Shown here: piece after piece, positions 28,589-37,699 of the stretch
Layout of the letters: each line of letters starts with the position of its first letter
Position numbering within the stretch: position 1 is the stretch's first letter
Source of the DNA: an uncultured Smithella sp.
GTDB taxonomy: Bacteria > Desulfobacterota > Syntrophia > Syntrophales > Smithellaceae
DNA: 64,000 nt
Direction: 5' to 3'
NCBI GenBank assembly: GCA_964400795.1
Contig: CAYNWA010000002.1
Location: forward strand, 171,146-235,145
Notes under the pieces: model-generated
What the model saw: the letters and a program-made list of their open reading frames with translations, nothing else
What the model was told of the DNA's origin: nothing
Databases searched by the model: none
Made by a program: the position numbers and the translations under genes

Positions 28589-29074
28589 TTAATTTTCTAA
28601 ATTTAACGCGATAATGCCTGTTCTTGTTATATCAGCGATACCCAACGGTTCCAGACGCGCCAAAGCAAAACCAATCTGTGCTTGATCACCGATAATTTCC
28701 AAAATCACATAAGCATCCGCATTAGCTATTACTTTCCATTTATTCGTGTCAATTACTTTATTTATTTGTTCTTTCTTGTCTGCTGTCAAATTCAGACGTA
28801 CCAGAATCAACTCGCGGTGAATTGATTCCACATTGGTCAAATCATCAACTTGAATAACATCCACAAGCCGCCTGAGTTGATTTTCAATACGCGTAACGGT
28901 CTCTTTGCTGCCGATAGTCGTCATAACGATTTTAGACACCTCATACTGCATGGTCGAATTCACGCAAAGGCTTTCAATATTATAACCCTTACCCCCCAAT
29001 ACGCCAGCAATTCTCGCCAGCACGTCAGGTTTGTTATGAACAAGCACTGAAATAATATGTTCCTTCTTTTCCAT
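28589..29074 (-). CDS. ilvN: Acetolactate synthase small (regulatory) subunit
   Basis: 161 aa, N-terminal ACT domain (HIISVLVHNKPDVLARIAGVLGGKGYNIESL). Confidence 0.9.
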   Translation of the reverse strand: MEKKEHIISVLVHNKPDVLARIAGVLGGKGYNIESLCVNSTMQYEVSKIVMTTIGSKETVTRIENQLRRLVDVIQVDDLTNVESIHRELILVRLNLTADKKEQINKVIDTNKWKVIANADAYVILEIIGDQAQIGFALARLEPLGIADITRTGIIALNLEN

Positions 29075-29099
29075 TCTTTGTTTCCTTCCTGTTAAAAAT

Positions 29100-30803
29100 T
29101 TAATTGATCATTTCCCGGGATCCCAGCGACATGTTACTGATCGAATCGCCCGGATGTACCATGGGATAAACACATTCTTCACGCGACACGCGGAAATCCA
29201 TCAGAACCGGCTTATCCATCTCAAGTCCCTGCTTCAAAACAGATTCCACCTCTTCCGGTTTCGTCGCGCGCAATCCTACAACGCCGAAAGCTTCGGCCAG
29301 TTTCACAAAATCGGGAGCGTAAGTCATATCCGTATGGGAATAACGTTTTTCATAGAACAATTCCTGCCATTGTCGCACCATGCCCAGATAGCCGTTGTTC
29401 AATAAGACAATTTTAACATTGATTTTATGCTGCGCGGCAGTGGCCAGTTCCTGAATATTCATCTGGATACTGCCGTCACCGGCAATATCCACAACATACT
29501 TATCCGGGAAAGCGCACTTGACACCTATGGCCGCAGGGAAACCGAATCCCATCGTTCCCAAACCGCCTGAAGAAACAAACGTGTTCGGCTTGTCAAAGGG
29601 AAAAAACTGCGCTGTCCACATCTGATTCTGTCCGACTTCCGTAGTAATAATCGCATCACCTTTCGTTAACTTATGCAGCGTCTCAATAACAAACTGCGGT
29701 TTGATGACCTGGCCGTTCTGGCAATAGGTCAACGGCACTTTTTCTTTCCATTCAGCAATCTGATTGAGCCATTCCTGCCGTTCTGAATCTTCATAAGCGT
29801 AATTGTGTTCATCAAAATATTTTGTAAGATCTTTCAACACGGCCTTTGTATCACCGATAATTGGCAGATCAACCGCCACATTTTTGTTGATGGACGAAGG
29901 ATCGATATCAATATGGACAATTTTAGCTTTGGCAGCAAACGTATCAATGGTGCCGGTCACCCTGTCATCAAATCGTACTCCCACGGCAATGAGCAGATCA
30001 CAGTGGCTGACTGCCATGTTCGCATAGTAGGTGCCGTGCATGCCCAGCATCCCCAGCCAAAGTGGATCACTGCCCGGAAAGGAACCCAATCCCATGAGTG
30101 TACCGGTAACCGGAATTTGATATTTTCTCGCCAAGGCGGTTAAAAGTTCAGATGCCTTCCCCAGAATAACACCGCCGCCGGTCATAATCAGAGGTCTTTG
30201 GGCTGAGTTTAGCATTTCCAATAAAATACCCATTTTTTTGAAAGCCGGTTTGTATGAAGGCTCCTGATTTCTGATTTTTATACTGGCTGGGTTATACTCC
30301 GTTGATGCCGCCATTACATTTTTTGGCAAATCAACCAGAACAGGTCCGGGCCTTCCCGAACGCGCAATATGAAAAGCCTCTTTGATGGTCTGAGCAAGGT
30401 CTTCAATATTACGCACCAGAAAATTATGCTTGGTGCATGGACGAGTTATCCCCGTAATATCGCATTCCTGAAAAGCGTCATTGCCGATAAGTCCGGTGGG
30501 GACCTGACCGGTAAAGACCACGAGAGGAATGGAATCCATGTTCGCTGTGGCAATGCCGGTAACGGTATTCGTCGCACCGGGACCCGAGGTCACCAGGCAC
30601 ACGCCTACTTTACCGGTAGCGCGGGCATAACCATCAGCAGCGTGCACAGCGCCCTGTTCATGCCGAACAAGAATATGCTTCATATTACTTTTATAAAGTT
30701 GATCGTAAATATCCAGAACGGCTCCTCCGGGATACCCGAAGATAATCTCCACCTTTTCCTCTTCGAGAACCTTAAGCAGTATTTCAGTTCCTTTCAGTTT
30801 CAT
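29100..30803 (-). CDS. ilvB: Acetolactate synthase large subunit
   Basis: ThDP enzyme with GDGSIQMNIQEL...NNG ThDP-binding motif. 567 aa. Confidence 0.95.
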   Translation of the reverse strand: MKLKGTEILLKVLEEEKVEIIFGYPGGAVLDIYDQLYKSNMKHILVRHEQGAVHAADGYARATGKVGVCLVTSGPGATNTVTGIATANMDSIPLVVFTGQVPTGLIGNDAFQECDITGITRPCTKHNFLVRNIEDLAQTIKEAFHIARSGRPGPVLVDLPKNVMAASTEYNPASIKIRNQEPSYKPAFKKMGILLEMLNSAQRPLIMTGGGVILGKASELLTALARKYQIPVTGTLMGLGSFPGSDPLWLGMLGMHGTYYANMAVSHCDLLIAVGVRFDDRVTGTIDTFAAKAKIVHIDIDPSSINKNVAVDLPIIGDTKAVLKDLTKYFDEHNYAYEDSERQEWLNQIAEWKEKVPLTYCQNGQVIKPQFVIETLHKLTKGDAIITTEVGQNQMWTAQFFPFDKPNTFVSSGGLGTMGFGFPAAIGVKCAFPDKYVVDIAGDGSIQMNIQELATAAQHKINVKIVLLNNGYLGMVRQWQELFYEKRYSHTDMTYAPDFVKLAEAFGVVGLRATKPEEVESVLKQGLEMDKPVLMDFRVSREECVYPMVHPGDSISNMSLGSREMIN

Positions 30804-30972
30804 TATCTTTCCCCTTCAAATTGCATTGATAACTAAGTGCTCATTATCGACCTTACCTCAGTAAGGCTAAATATAGTTCAATTTAAAAATCCTTCGACTC
30901 GTTGCACTCGCTCAGAACAATTCAACTAAGGCTTTTTTCTCGGCTTTGCCTCAAAAAGGCCAAGTCTCATTG

Positions 30973-31012
30973 AAATAAAAAGCCGCCAGTTTCTTCTGAA
31001 AAAAGCGGCTTC
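30973..31012 (-). terminator. Attenuator terminator (segments 3:4) of the ilv leader
   Basis: Minus strand: gaagccgc ... ggcggc followed by tttttatttc. The stem core AAGCCGC/GCGGCTT is shared with two upstream segments. Confidence 0.55.
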
Positions 31013-31079
31013 ATGCCTGAAACAACAAAGCCGCGGGCTTTATTAGGAGCCTGCGGCTTGTATCTTTTGTTTTTATTTC

Positions 31080-31181
31080 CTAAAGATACAGAGCGGCAGA
31101 CCCCGTACGTACGACTACTACGAGTACTAATACTTTATTCAGTATCAGGTTAATGCCGCTTTTCAAATCTTTAAGAAACAT
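31080..31181 (-). CDS. ilv operon leader peptide (33 aa, branched-chain-rich)
   Basis: MFLKDLKSGINLILNKVLVLVVVVRTGSAALYL. Of residues 10-24, 12 of 15 are Ile/Leu/Val, including VLVLVVVV. It lies between a sigma-70 promoter and alternative hairpins upstream of ilvB. Confidence 0.6.
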   Translation of the reverse strand: MFLKDLKSGINLILNKVLVLVVVVRTGSAALYL

Positions 31182-31213
31182 AACATTTCATTCCCTTGAA
31201 TTAATTTATAAAT

Positions 31214-31242
31214 TTAATAACGAAAAACAAAATGTTTGTCAA
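31214..31242 (-). promoter_or_regulatory. Sigma-70-type promoter of the ilv leader
   Basis: Minus strand TTGACA-N17-TATTAA, about 30 nt upstream of the leader ATG. Confidence 0.6.
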
Positions 31243-31306
31243 CAATATTTTTAAAATACATTACCGATTGCTTCAATCCCTATTGTAGCTTCACATAATA
31301 ATCAGT

Positions 31307-33325
31307 TCATCGAAAGAAACTTTTTATTTCATCAGCAAAGCTGCTGTTGGGTGAAGTTCCCAGCAAAAACGCCTCGGAAATTCCTCGCTCCGATACAGAT
31401 TCTCCTGTTTTGGGATCAACTTTTTCAAACACAATACCATCCGGCACGGGGAATGATTCCACGGGCATTTTCTCGAGGGCCTTTTCCATAAAGTAAAGCC
31501 AGATAGGCGCCGCTGTTCTTCCTCCTGCCTCCTGATTTCCCAGGGAAGCTTCCTGGTCGAACCCGACCCACACGCCCGCAATCAAAGAAGGCGTAAATCC
31601 GATAAACCACGCATCGCGATTGTCATTGGTCGTTCCCGTTTTGGCGCCCACAGGTCTTGCTATGCTTCTGACCCTGGTGCCGGTACCGCTTTTCACAACA
31701 TCCTGCATGACATAGGTCGTCAAAAAGGCGATTCGGGGATCGATAACCTGTTCCGATTTAACAATGGTTTCTTCAAAAACATTTCCGGTCCGGTCAACAA
31801 TCTTTTTAATGAAATACGGGGTTACTTTCTGACCCTGGTTGGCCAGGACATCGTAGGCCTGAACCAATTCTTGCAGGGTAACACCCGATACTCCTAAAGC
31901 CAGAGATAATGTATTGACAAGCGGCGAGGTAATTCCCATGTTGATGGCATATGATACAGCGTAATCTATTCCAATTTCCTGTAAAATTTTAACGGTGACA
32001 ACATTGCGGGACAATACAAGCGCTGTTCTCATGGTCGTCGGCCCCATAAATTTACCATCATAATTCTTCGGTCTCCAGACACCGTCTTTCTGAGACGGAT
32101 CCTCCACAGCAATGGGAGAATCAACAAACACAGTTGCCGGGGTGAGTCCTTTATCAAAAGCCGCCGTGTAAATGATCGGCTTAAAAGCGGAACCCGGTTG
32201 CCTGCGGGACTGGGTTGTACGATTGAATTCGCTCTTATTGAAATCACGTCCGCCGACCATTGCCCGTATAGCGCCTGTTTTTACGTCCATGCAAAAAAGC
32301 GCTCCCTGAACAAGACCTTTTTCATATTTATTTCTTTCTTCGAGTTCCGTCAATCCCCGTTCCATGGCTTGGCCGGCGAATTTTTGCATGTTCAAATCCA
32401 GAGTGGTGTAGATGGAAAGACCTTCTTTATAAAGAACGTCCGCACCATATTTTTCCTGTACATAACGGCGAACGGTCTCCACAAAATAAGCGGCCATCTT
32501 ATCCTTGGGTCTGATGGGTCTCAAATTGAGTGGAACGGTGAATGCTTTTTCCATTTCCTCCTTGGTAATGTATTTATCTTCCGTCATCCTTGTAAGAACA
32601 TAAAGTTGTCTTTGCTTGGCCTTGTCATAATGAAGAAAAGGAGAGTAGTTGGTGGGAGCCTTGGGCATGCCGGCCAGAAGAGCCGCCTCATGCAATTTCA
32701 AATCCTTGGCGCTTTTTCCAAAATAGCCAAGAGATGCCGATTCTATTCCGTAGGTTCCGTGCCCCAAATAGATCTGATTTAAATATAAATTGAGTATTTC
32801 CTGCTTCGTCAGATACTTGTCAATTTTATAAGCAAGAATAGCTTCTTTGAATTTACGGGTATACTTTTTCTCCGGAGAAAGATACATCATCTTGGCCACC
32901 TGTTGGGTGATCGTACTTCCTCCCTGAATGATATGCCCTGCCTCGATATTTTTAAAAACCGCTCGAAAAATGCTTTGTATATCAAAACCCTTATGTTCGA
33001 AAAAGCGGGAATCCTCCGCGGCGACAAAAGCCTGAACAACCACCTTGGGAACTTCGGCCATCTTGACAAGCTTTCTGTCTTCCAGAAAAAATTCATCGAT
33101 TAATTCGTTGTTATCATCATAAACACGGGATGAAATACTGGGACGATAATCTTTCAGAGCGTCAATACCGGGTAAATCCATGGTAAAAACATAATAACCC
33201 AACGCTCCGGCAACCGTCATAAACATGACACAGACGATTACGCCAAAAAAAATATAAAAAAGAGAAGAGAGTTTTTTTATTTCTCCCTCACGATAATTCT
33301 TGTTTTTCCTGACACGTAACGGCAT
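31307..33325 (-). CDS. mrcA: Class A penicillin-binding protein (PBP1A; transglycosylase/transpeptidase)
   Basis: N-terminal TM anchor; GT51 motifs EDSRFFEHKGFD and GGSTITQQ; transpeptidase motifs SAFKP (SxxK), SRN, KTGTT. Confidence 0.9.
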   Translation of the reverse strand: MPLRVRKNKNYREGEIKKLSSLFYIFFGVIVCVMFMTVAGALGYYVFTMDLPGIDALKDYRPSISSRVYDDNNELIDEFFLEDRKLVKMAEVPKVVVQAFVAAEDSRFFEHKGFDIQSIFRAVFKNIEAGHIIQGGSTITQQVAKMMYLSPEKKYTRKFKEAILAYKIDKYLTKQEILNLYLNQIYLGHGTYGIESASLGYFGKSAKDLKLHEAALLAGMPKAPTNYSPFLHYDKAKQRQLYVLTRMTEDKYITKEEMEKAFTVPLNLRPIRPKDKMAAYFVETVRRYVQEKYGADVLYKEGLSIYTTLDLNMQKFAGQAMERGLTELEERNKYEKGLVQGALFCMDVKTGAIRAMVGGRDFNKSEFNRTTQSRRQPGSAFKPIIYTAAFDKGLTPATVFVDSPIAVEDPSQKDGVWRPKNYDGKFMGPTTMRTALVLSRNVVTVKILQEIGIDYAVSYAINMGITSPLVNTLSLALGVSGVTLQELVQAYDVLANQGQKVTPYFIKKIVDRTGNVFEETIVKSEQVIDPRIAFLTTYVMQDVVKSGTGTRVRSIARPVGAKTGTTNDNRDAWFIGFTPSLIAGVWVGFDQEASLGNQEAGGRTAAPIWLYFMEKALEKMPVESFPVPDGIVFEKVDPKTGESVSERGISEAFLLGTSPNSSFADEIKSFFR

Positions 33326-33341
33326 AATTATTTACCAGTTT

Positions 33342-34121
33342 CTACTCATTATTTTCTGATTCCACTGCTTTCTTTTCGGCAAATTTGGAAACGAATATAC
33401 TTATTTCATACAGCAACATTAAGGGAATTGCCATTAATATCTGACTGATTGCGTCCGGTGAAGGCGTCAGGACGGCGGCAATGATAAAAATAATCAAAAC
33501 AGCGTATCTTCTTTGTCGGGAAAGCATTTTCGCATTGACTATTTTTAGTTTGGTCAGAAAAAAAATGAAAATTGGCAATTCAAAAGATAAACCGAATCCC
33601 AGTAAAAAAGTCACAAAAAGAGACAGATAATCCTTAAAAGACAGCATCGCCTGCAGATATTCGTTATTGAAGCTTACAAAAAAATTAAAGGCGGGAGGCA
33701 GAACCACAAAATACCCGAATAAAACGCCGCCTAGAAAAAGCGAGGTTGAAGAAACAACGAAAGGGAATACATATTTTTTTTCCTTCGGTAACAAACCGGG
33801 AGAAATAAATTTCCAGATCTGATAAAGAATATATGGGCTGGTGATGATCAAAGAAGCGAAAAACGCGATTTTCATGTAAGTAAAAAAAGCTTCCGTCAAA
33901 CCAAGATAGATAAGATGGCTGCTCTTGGGTAAAACCTGAGTTAGCGGTCTAGTGATAATATCGAAAACAAAATCTTTATAGTAATAACAAACTCCAAAGC
34001 CAATGCCCAAAGCTATCAAGGAACGGGTAAGCCTTTTGCGGAGCTCTATCAAATGTTCGGTAAGGGACATTTTCTGATCTTCACTGTTTTCCTGATTTCC
34101 TTTATTTTCGTTATCTTCCAT
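33342..34121 (-). CDS. tatC: Twin-arginine translocase subunit TatC
   Basis: 259 aa polytopic membrane protein with the TatC N-terminal motif LTEHLIELRKRL. Confidence 0.9.
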   Translation of the reverse strand: MEDNENKGNQENSEDQKMSLTEHLIELRKRLTRSLIALGIGFGVCYYYKDFVFDIITRPLTQVLPKSSHLIYLGLTEAFFTYMKIAFFASLIITSPYILYQIWKFISPGLLPKEKKYVFPFVVSSTSLFLGGVLFGYFVVLPPAFNFFVSFNNEYLQAMLSFKDYLSLFVTFLLGFGLSFELPIFIFFLTKLKIVNAKMLSRQRRYAVLIIFIIAAVLTPSPDAISQILMAIPLMLLYEISIFVSKFAEKKAVESENNE

Positions 34122-34172
34122 AGCACACTTTTTTATATTGGTTTTACAAGTCAGAAAATTTTACTCTTAGTT

Positions 34173-34448
34173 TTATGAATGGGTGGAGGAATTGTTGGAT
34201 GATTCCGGCTTGTTTTCCTCAGTATCCGGCTTTTTCATTAAAAGAGAATTTTTCCATTCGTCATCATTCTGCTTTTTATCTTCCTTGATCGTTTCTTTTA
34301 TATCATCAGTTATTCCATCTGTCGCCTTTTTGAATTCACTGAAACCTTTGCCCAACGTTTTGGCCAAGTCAGGCAGCTTTTTCGGACCGACAATGAGCAA
34401 AGCAATTATCGCAATGATTATAAGTTCTTGCATCCCTATGCCAAACAT
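34173..34448 (-). CDS. tatA: Twin-arginine translocase subunit TatA/E family
   Basis: [42 protein letters not shown]: TM helix, hinge, amphipathic helix. Confidence 0.85.
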   Translation of the reverse strand: MFGIGMQELIIIAIIALLIVGPKKLPDLAKTLGKGFSEFKKATDGITDDIKETIKEDKKQNDDEWKNSLLMKKPDTEENKPESSNNSSTHS

Positions 34449-34682
34449 AGATGACTAATCCTCTATTCCTGTAATTAACGGATAGCTATATATTTATTAC
34501 TATTTTTGTCAATGTTTTTTGTAATCTTCCTCTGTCGCGGTCAAGCTGAATTTGTTCAACATATTTTCTCTTCATATTTTTCTTCATGACTGGAAATATG
34601 GAAATATTTTGCTCTTTGAAGCTATTTGTGATACACAAAACACGTTTTCAATGTATCTTTCATCATATTACGAAGGTTTTTT

Positions 34683-35738
34683 GTGTCCAGAAAAACAGGT
34701 ATTGTCAAAGACAGCAGGTATTTACAGCACTCGGCGGGATTCGCTCATCCGGAAAGCCCGGAAAGACTGGCCGCCATTTATGAAATGCTGGAAAATCCGC
34801 TAATGTCATGGAAATTCACGCCTATCGAAGCACGCGAAGCAACCCATCAAGAAATCGAAACCATCCATGCGCCTTCCTATATTGAATATGTTGCCAGCAC
34901 GGCGGGGAAACATAGCGTTTATCTTGATCCGGATACATCCACATCCGCGGAAAGCTACGAAACGGCAAAACTCGCTGTTGGCGGTGTCTGCAACGCTATA
35001 GACAGCGTTATGGAAGGCAACGTGGATAACGCTTTCGCTTTTGTGCGTCCCCCCGGACATCATGCGGAGAGAGATACAGCCGCCGGTTTTTGTATTTTTA
35101 ACAACATCGCCATCGGTGCAATGCATGCCATTACGAAATATAAATTACGAAGAATTCTCATCGTTGATTGGGATTTGCATCATGGCAACGGCACGCAACA
35201 CAGTTTCTACGGTGACCAGCGTGTTTTGTATTTTTCCACGCATCAATACCCATATTATCCGGGAACGGGAAGTTTACAGGAAACAGGACGGGGACATGGC
35301 GAATATTATACAATCAATGTCCCTTTAAGCACAGGTGCGGGAGATGCCTCTTTCGTTAAAATATACCGCCAAATCCTGCAACCGGCAGCACTGGAGTTCA
35401 AACCCGAACTTATTTTGTTGTCCGCAGGTTTTGACACTTATTATCAGGATCCTCTGGGCGGAATGCAAGTTACACCCGAGGGATTTGCCGCCATGACACG
35501 TGTATTACTCAATATTGCCGAGACCTGTTGTCAGGGCCATTTCGTGGCCGTGCTCGAAGGCGGTTATCATATTGTCGGATTAACCAGGTCTGTAAAGGCC
35601 GTTCTTGAAGAGATGCTTGATGAGACACATTTTTCGGAAGAGCGACTTTCTTTGCTGGAAAAAGAAGCTGATGAAGGAACGAGTCAAATAATCAATAAAG
35701 TCATTTCCAGGATAAGTCCCTACTGGAAAGTATTTTAA
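34683..35738 (+). CDS. Histone deacetylase-family (class II HDAC/AcuC-like) amidohydrolase
   Basis: RPPGHHA, DWDLHHGNGTQ, EGGYH zinc/catalytic motifs. GTG start. Confidence 0.85.
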   Translation: MSRKTGIVKDSRYLQHSAGFAHPESPERLAAIYEMLENPLMSWKFTPIEAREATHQEIETIHAPSYIEYVASTAGKHSVYLDPDTSTSAESYETAKLAVGGVCNAIDSVMEGNVDNAFAFVRPPGHHAERDTAAGFCIFNNIAIGAMHAITKYKLRRILIVDWDLHHGNGTQHSFYGDQRVLYFSTHQYPYYPGTGSLQETGRGHGEYYTINVPLSTGAGDASFVKIYRQILQPAALEFKPELILLSAGFDTYYQDPLGGMQVTPEGFAAMTRVLLNIAETCCQGHFVAVLEGGYHIVGLTRSVKAVLEEMLDETHFSEERLSLLEKEADEGTSQIINKVISRISPYWKVF

Positions 35739-35750
35739 GGAGCATAGGTT

Positions 35751-36038
35751 TTGAAAATAAGTTCGCGGGAAGTTGAGTATGTGGCGAATCTGGCCCGTCT
35801 CGAAATTACGGAAAAAGAAAAAGATAAATTTACCGTCCAGCTAAACGATATCCTGCTCTATATTGATAAACTAAACGAATTGGATACCACGGGTGTGGAA
35901 CCGATGAGTCACGCGATTTCCGTAACCAATGCTTTCCGCGACGATAAGGTGATGGATTCGATTGGAACACAACAAACACTGGCTAATGCGCCGGACGCGC
36001 GCGGTGATTTCTTCCGTGTGCCGAAAGTCATCGATTGA
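35751..36038 (+). CDS. gatC: Asp/Glu-tRNA amidotransferase subunit C
   Basis: 95 aa with GatC pattern (VANLARLEITEKE...). SD aaggag, TTG start. Confidence 0.9.
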   Translation: MKISSREVEYVANLARLEITEKEKDKFTVQLNDILLYIDKLNELDTTGVEPMSHAISVTNAFRDDKVMDSIGTQQTLANAPDARGDFFRVPKVID

Positions 36039-36087
36039 CGGCTTTGGAAAAATTCCCGAACGTTGAGATTGAGTTGTAATAAAAAAT

Positions 36088-36230
36088 CTTACATATCCTC
36101 CGCTAGCGGAGGTGTCCGCCATAGCGGACGGAGGTGGATGTAAGAAATCATAAGTATTTCGGATAAAATATTACACTACATATTAATGCATCCACCCCCT
36201 TAATCCCCCGCCAGCGGGGGACATTTTTTT
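36088..36230 (+). other. Structured gatC-gatA spacer: nested palindromes plus a terminator-like hairpin
   Basis: cttacat.cctccgctagcggagg.tccgccatagcgga.ggaggtggatgtaag (36088-36143). catccaccccc (36189-36199) can pair with ggaggtggatg. cccccgccagcggggg (36205-36220) is followed by acattttttt. Confidence 0.5.
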
Positions 36231-36241
36231 AAAGGAAGATT

Positions 36242-37699
36242 ATGGAGTTATTTAAGTTAACCATTCATGAATTGCAGGAAAAAATAAAAAAAGGTGAAGT
36301 TTCCGCTACACAGATAACACAGTCCGTCTTTTCAAGAATCGACGCCGTGGAAGAACGGGTTCATTCCTTCATACGCCTCATGAAGGAAGACGCTTTGGCC
36401 GCCGCGAAAAAAGCGGATGACGATATCAAAAAAGGCGATATCAAACTGTTAACCGGCATTCCGATTGCGCTGAAGGATATTCTCTGCACCAAAGGTGTCA
36501 CCACGACATGCGGTTCGCACATTCTTCACAATTTTATTCCCCCTTACAACGCCACTGTTGTGGAAAAACTGACGGCTGCCGGAGCAATATTTGTCGGCAA
36601 GGCCAACATGGACGAATTCGCCATGGGGTCTTCCACAGAAACCTCTTATTTCGGACCGACTCATAATCCCTGGGATTTGGAACGAATCCCCGGCGGGTCC
36701 AGCGGCGGGTCGGCAACAGCGGTTGCCGCCGATGAATGCATCGCTTCCATCGGTTCCGATACCGGCGGTTCCATACGCCAGCCCGCGGCGCTCTGCGGTA
36801 TTGTAGGACTGAAGCCGACTTACGGCCGCGTATCGCGCTTTGGTCTGATCGCGTTTGCTTCGTCGCTTGACCAAATCGGTCCCTTTACCAAGGATGTGGA
36901 AGACTGCGCCATTATGATGAACGTTATTGCCGGCTATGATCCTAAAGAATCAACGTCTGTCAACGCGGAAGTTCCCGACTACCGGCAGTTTGTCGGACGT
37001 GACATCAAAGGTTGGAAAATAGGCATTCCCAAGGAATACTTTATTGAAGGCATTGACCCTGAAGTAACCGCTGCCATTAAAAAAGCAATTACTGTTATCG
37101 AACAAAGCGGTGGCCAGTGTGTGGATATAACGCTCCCGCACACGCAATACTGTGTGGCTGTTTATTATATTATCGCTCCAGCAGAAGCCAGCTCCAACCT
37201 GGCGCGTTACGACGGCGTCAAATACGGTTTCCGTGCCACCGATGTCCGCGAGCTTCTGGAAATGTACAAAGAGTCACGTAAGCAGGGATTCGGCGCGGAA
37301 GTTAAAAGAAGAATTATGATCGGCACCTATGCCTTATCCGCCGGTTATTACGACGCTTATTATAAGAAAGCTTCTCAGGTGCGGGCATTACTCAAACATG
37401 ATTTTGATGAGGCTTTCAAAACTTGTGACGTTATCCTGACACCCACCACTCCGACACCTGCTTTTAAAATCGGTGAAAAAACAGACGATCCTTTGCAGAT
37501 GTATCTTTCCGATGTTTTCACCATTTCGGCAAACCTGGCGGGCATATCGGGAATCTCGGTCCCCTGCGGATATAGTTCCAGCGGCCTGCCGATAGGAGTA
37601 CAGTTTCTGGCCGGTAATTTTGAAGAAGGCAAGCTTATTCAAATCGCCTCTGCTTACGAGCAAAACGCCAAGATTGAAAAGAGGAGACCTGCGCTGTAA
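36242..37699 (+). CDS. gatA: Glutamyl-tRNA(Gln) amidotransferase subunit A
   Basis: Amidase signature GGSSGGSA. 485 aa. Confidence 0.95.
   Translation: MELFKLTIHELQEKIKKGEVSATQITQSVFSRIDAVEERVHSFIRLMKEDALAAAKKADDDIKKGDIKLLTGIPIALKDILCTKGVTTTCGSHILHNFIPPYNATVVEKLTAAGAIFVGKANMDEFAMGSSTETSYFGPTHNPWDLERIPGGSSGGSATAVAADECIASIGSDTGGSIRQPAALCGIVGLKPTYGRVSRFGLIAFASSLDQIGPFTKDVEDCAIMMNVIAGYDPKESTSVNAEVPDYRQFVGRDIKGWKIGIPKEYFIEGIDPEVTAAIKKAITVIEQSGGQCVDITLPHTQYCVAVYYIIAPAEASSNLARYDGVKYGFRATDVRELLEMYKESRKQGFGAEVKRRIMIGTYALSAGYYDAYYKKASQVRALLKHDFDEAFKTCDVILTPTTPTPAFKIGEKTDDPLQMYLSDVFTISANLAGISGISVPCGYSSSGLPIGVQFLAGNFEEGKLIQIASAYEQNAKIEKRRPAL

Noticed and set aside
36088-36230. T-box leader upstream of gatA
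   Set aside because: No AGGGUGGNACCGCG-type T-box sequence or specifier-loop architecture was recognised. The GGAGGTGGATG segment only superficially resembles it.
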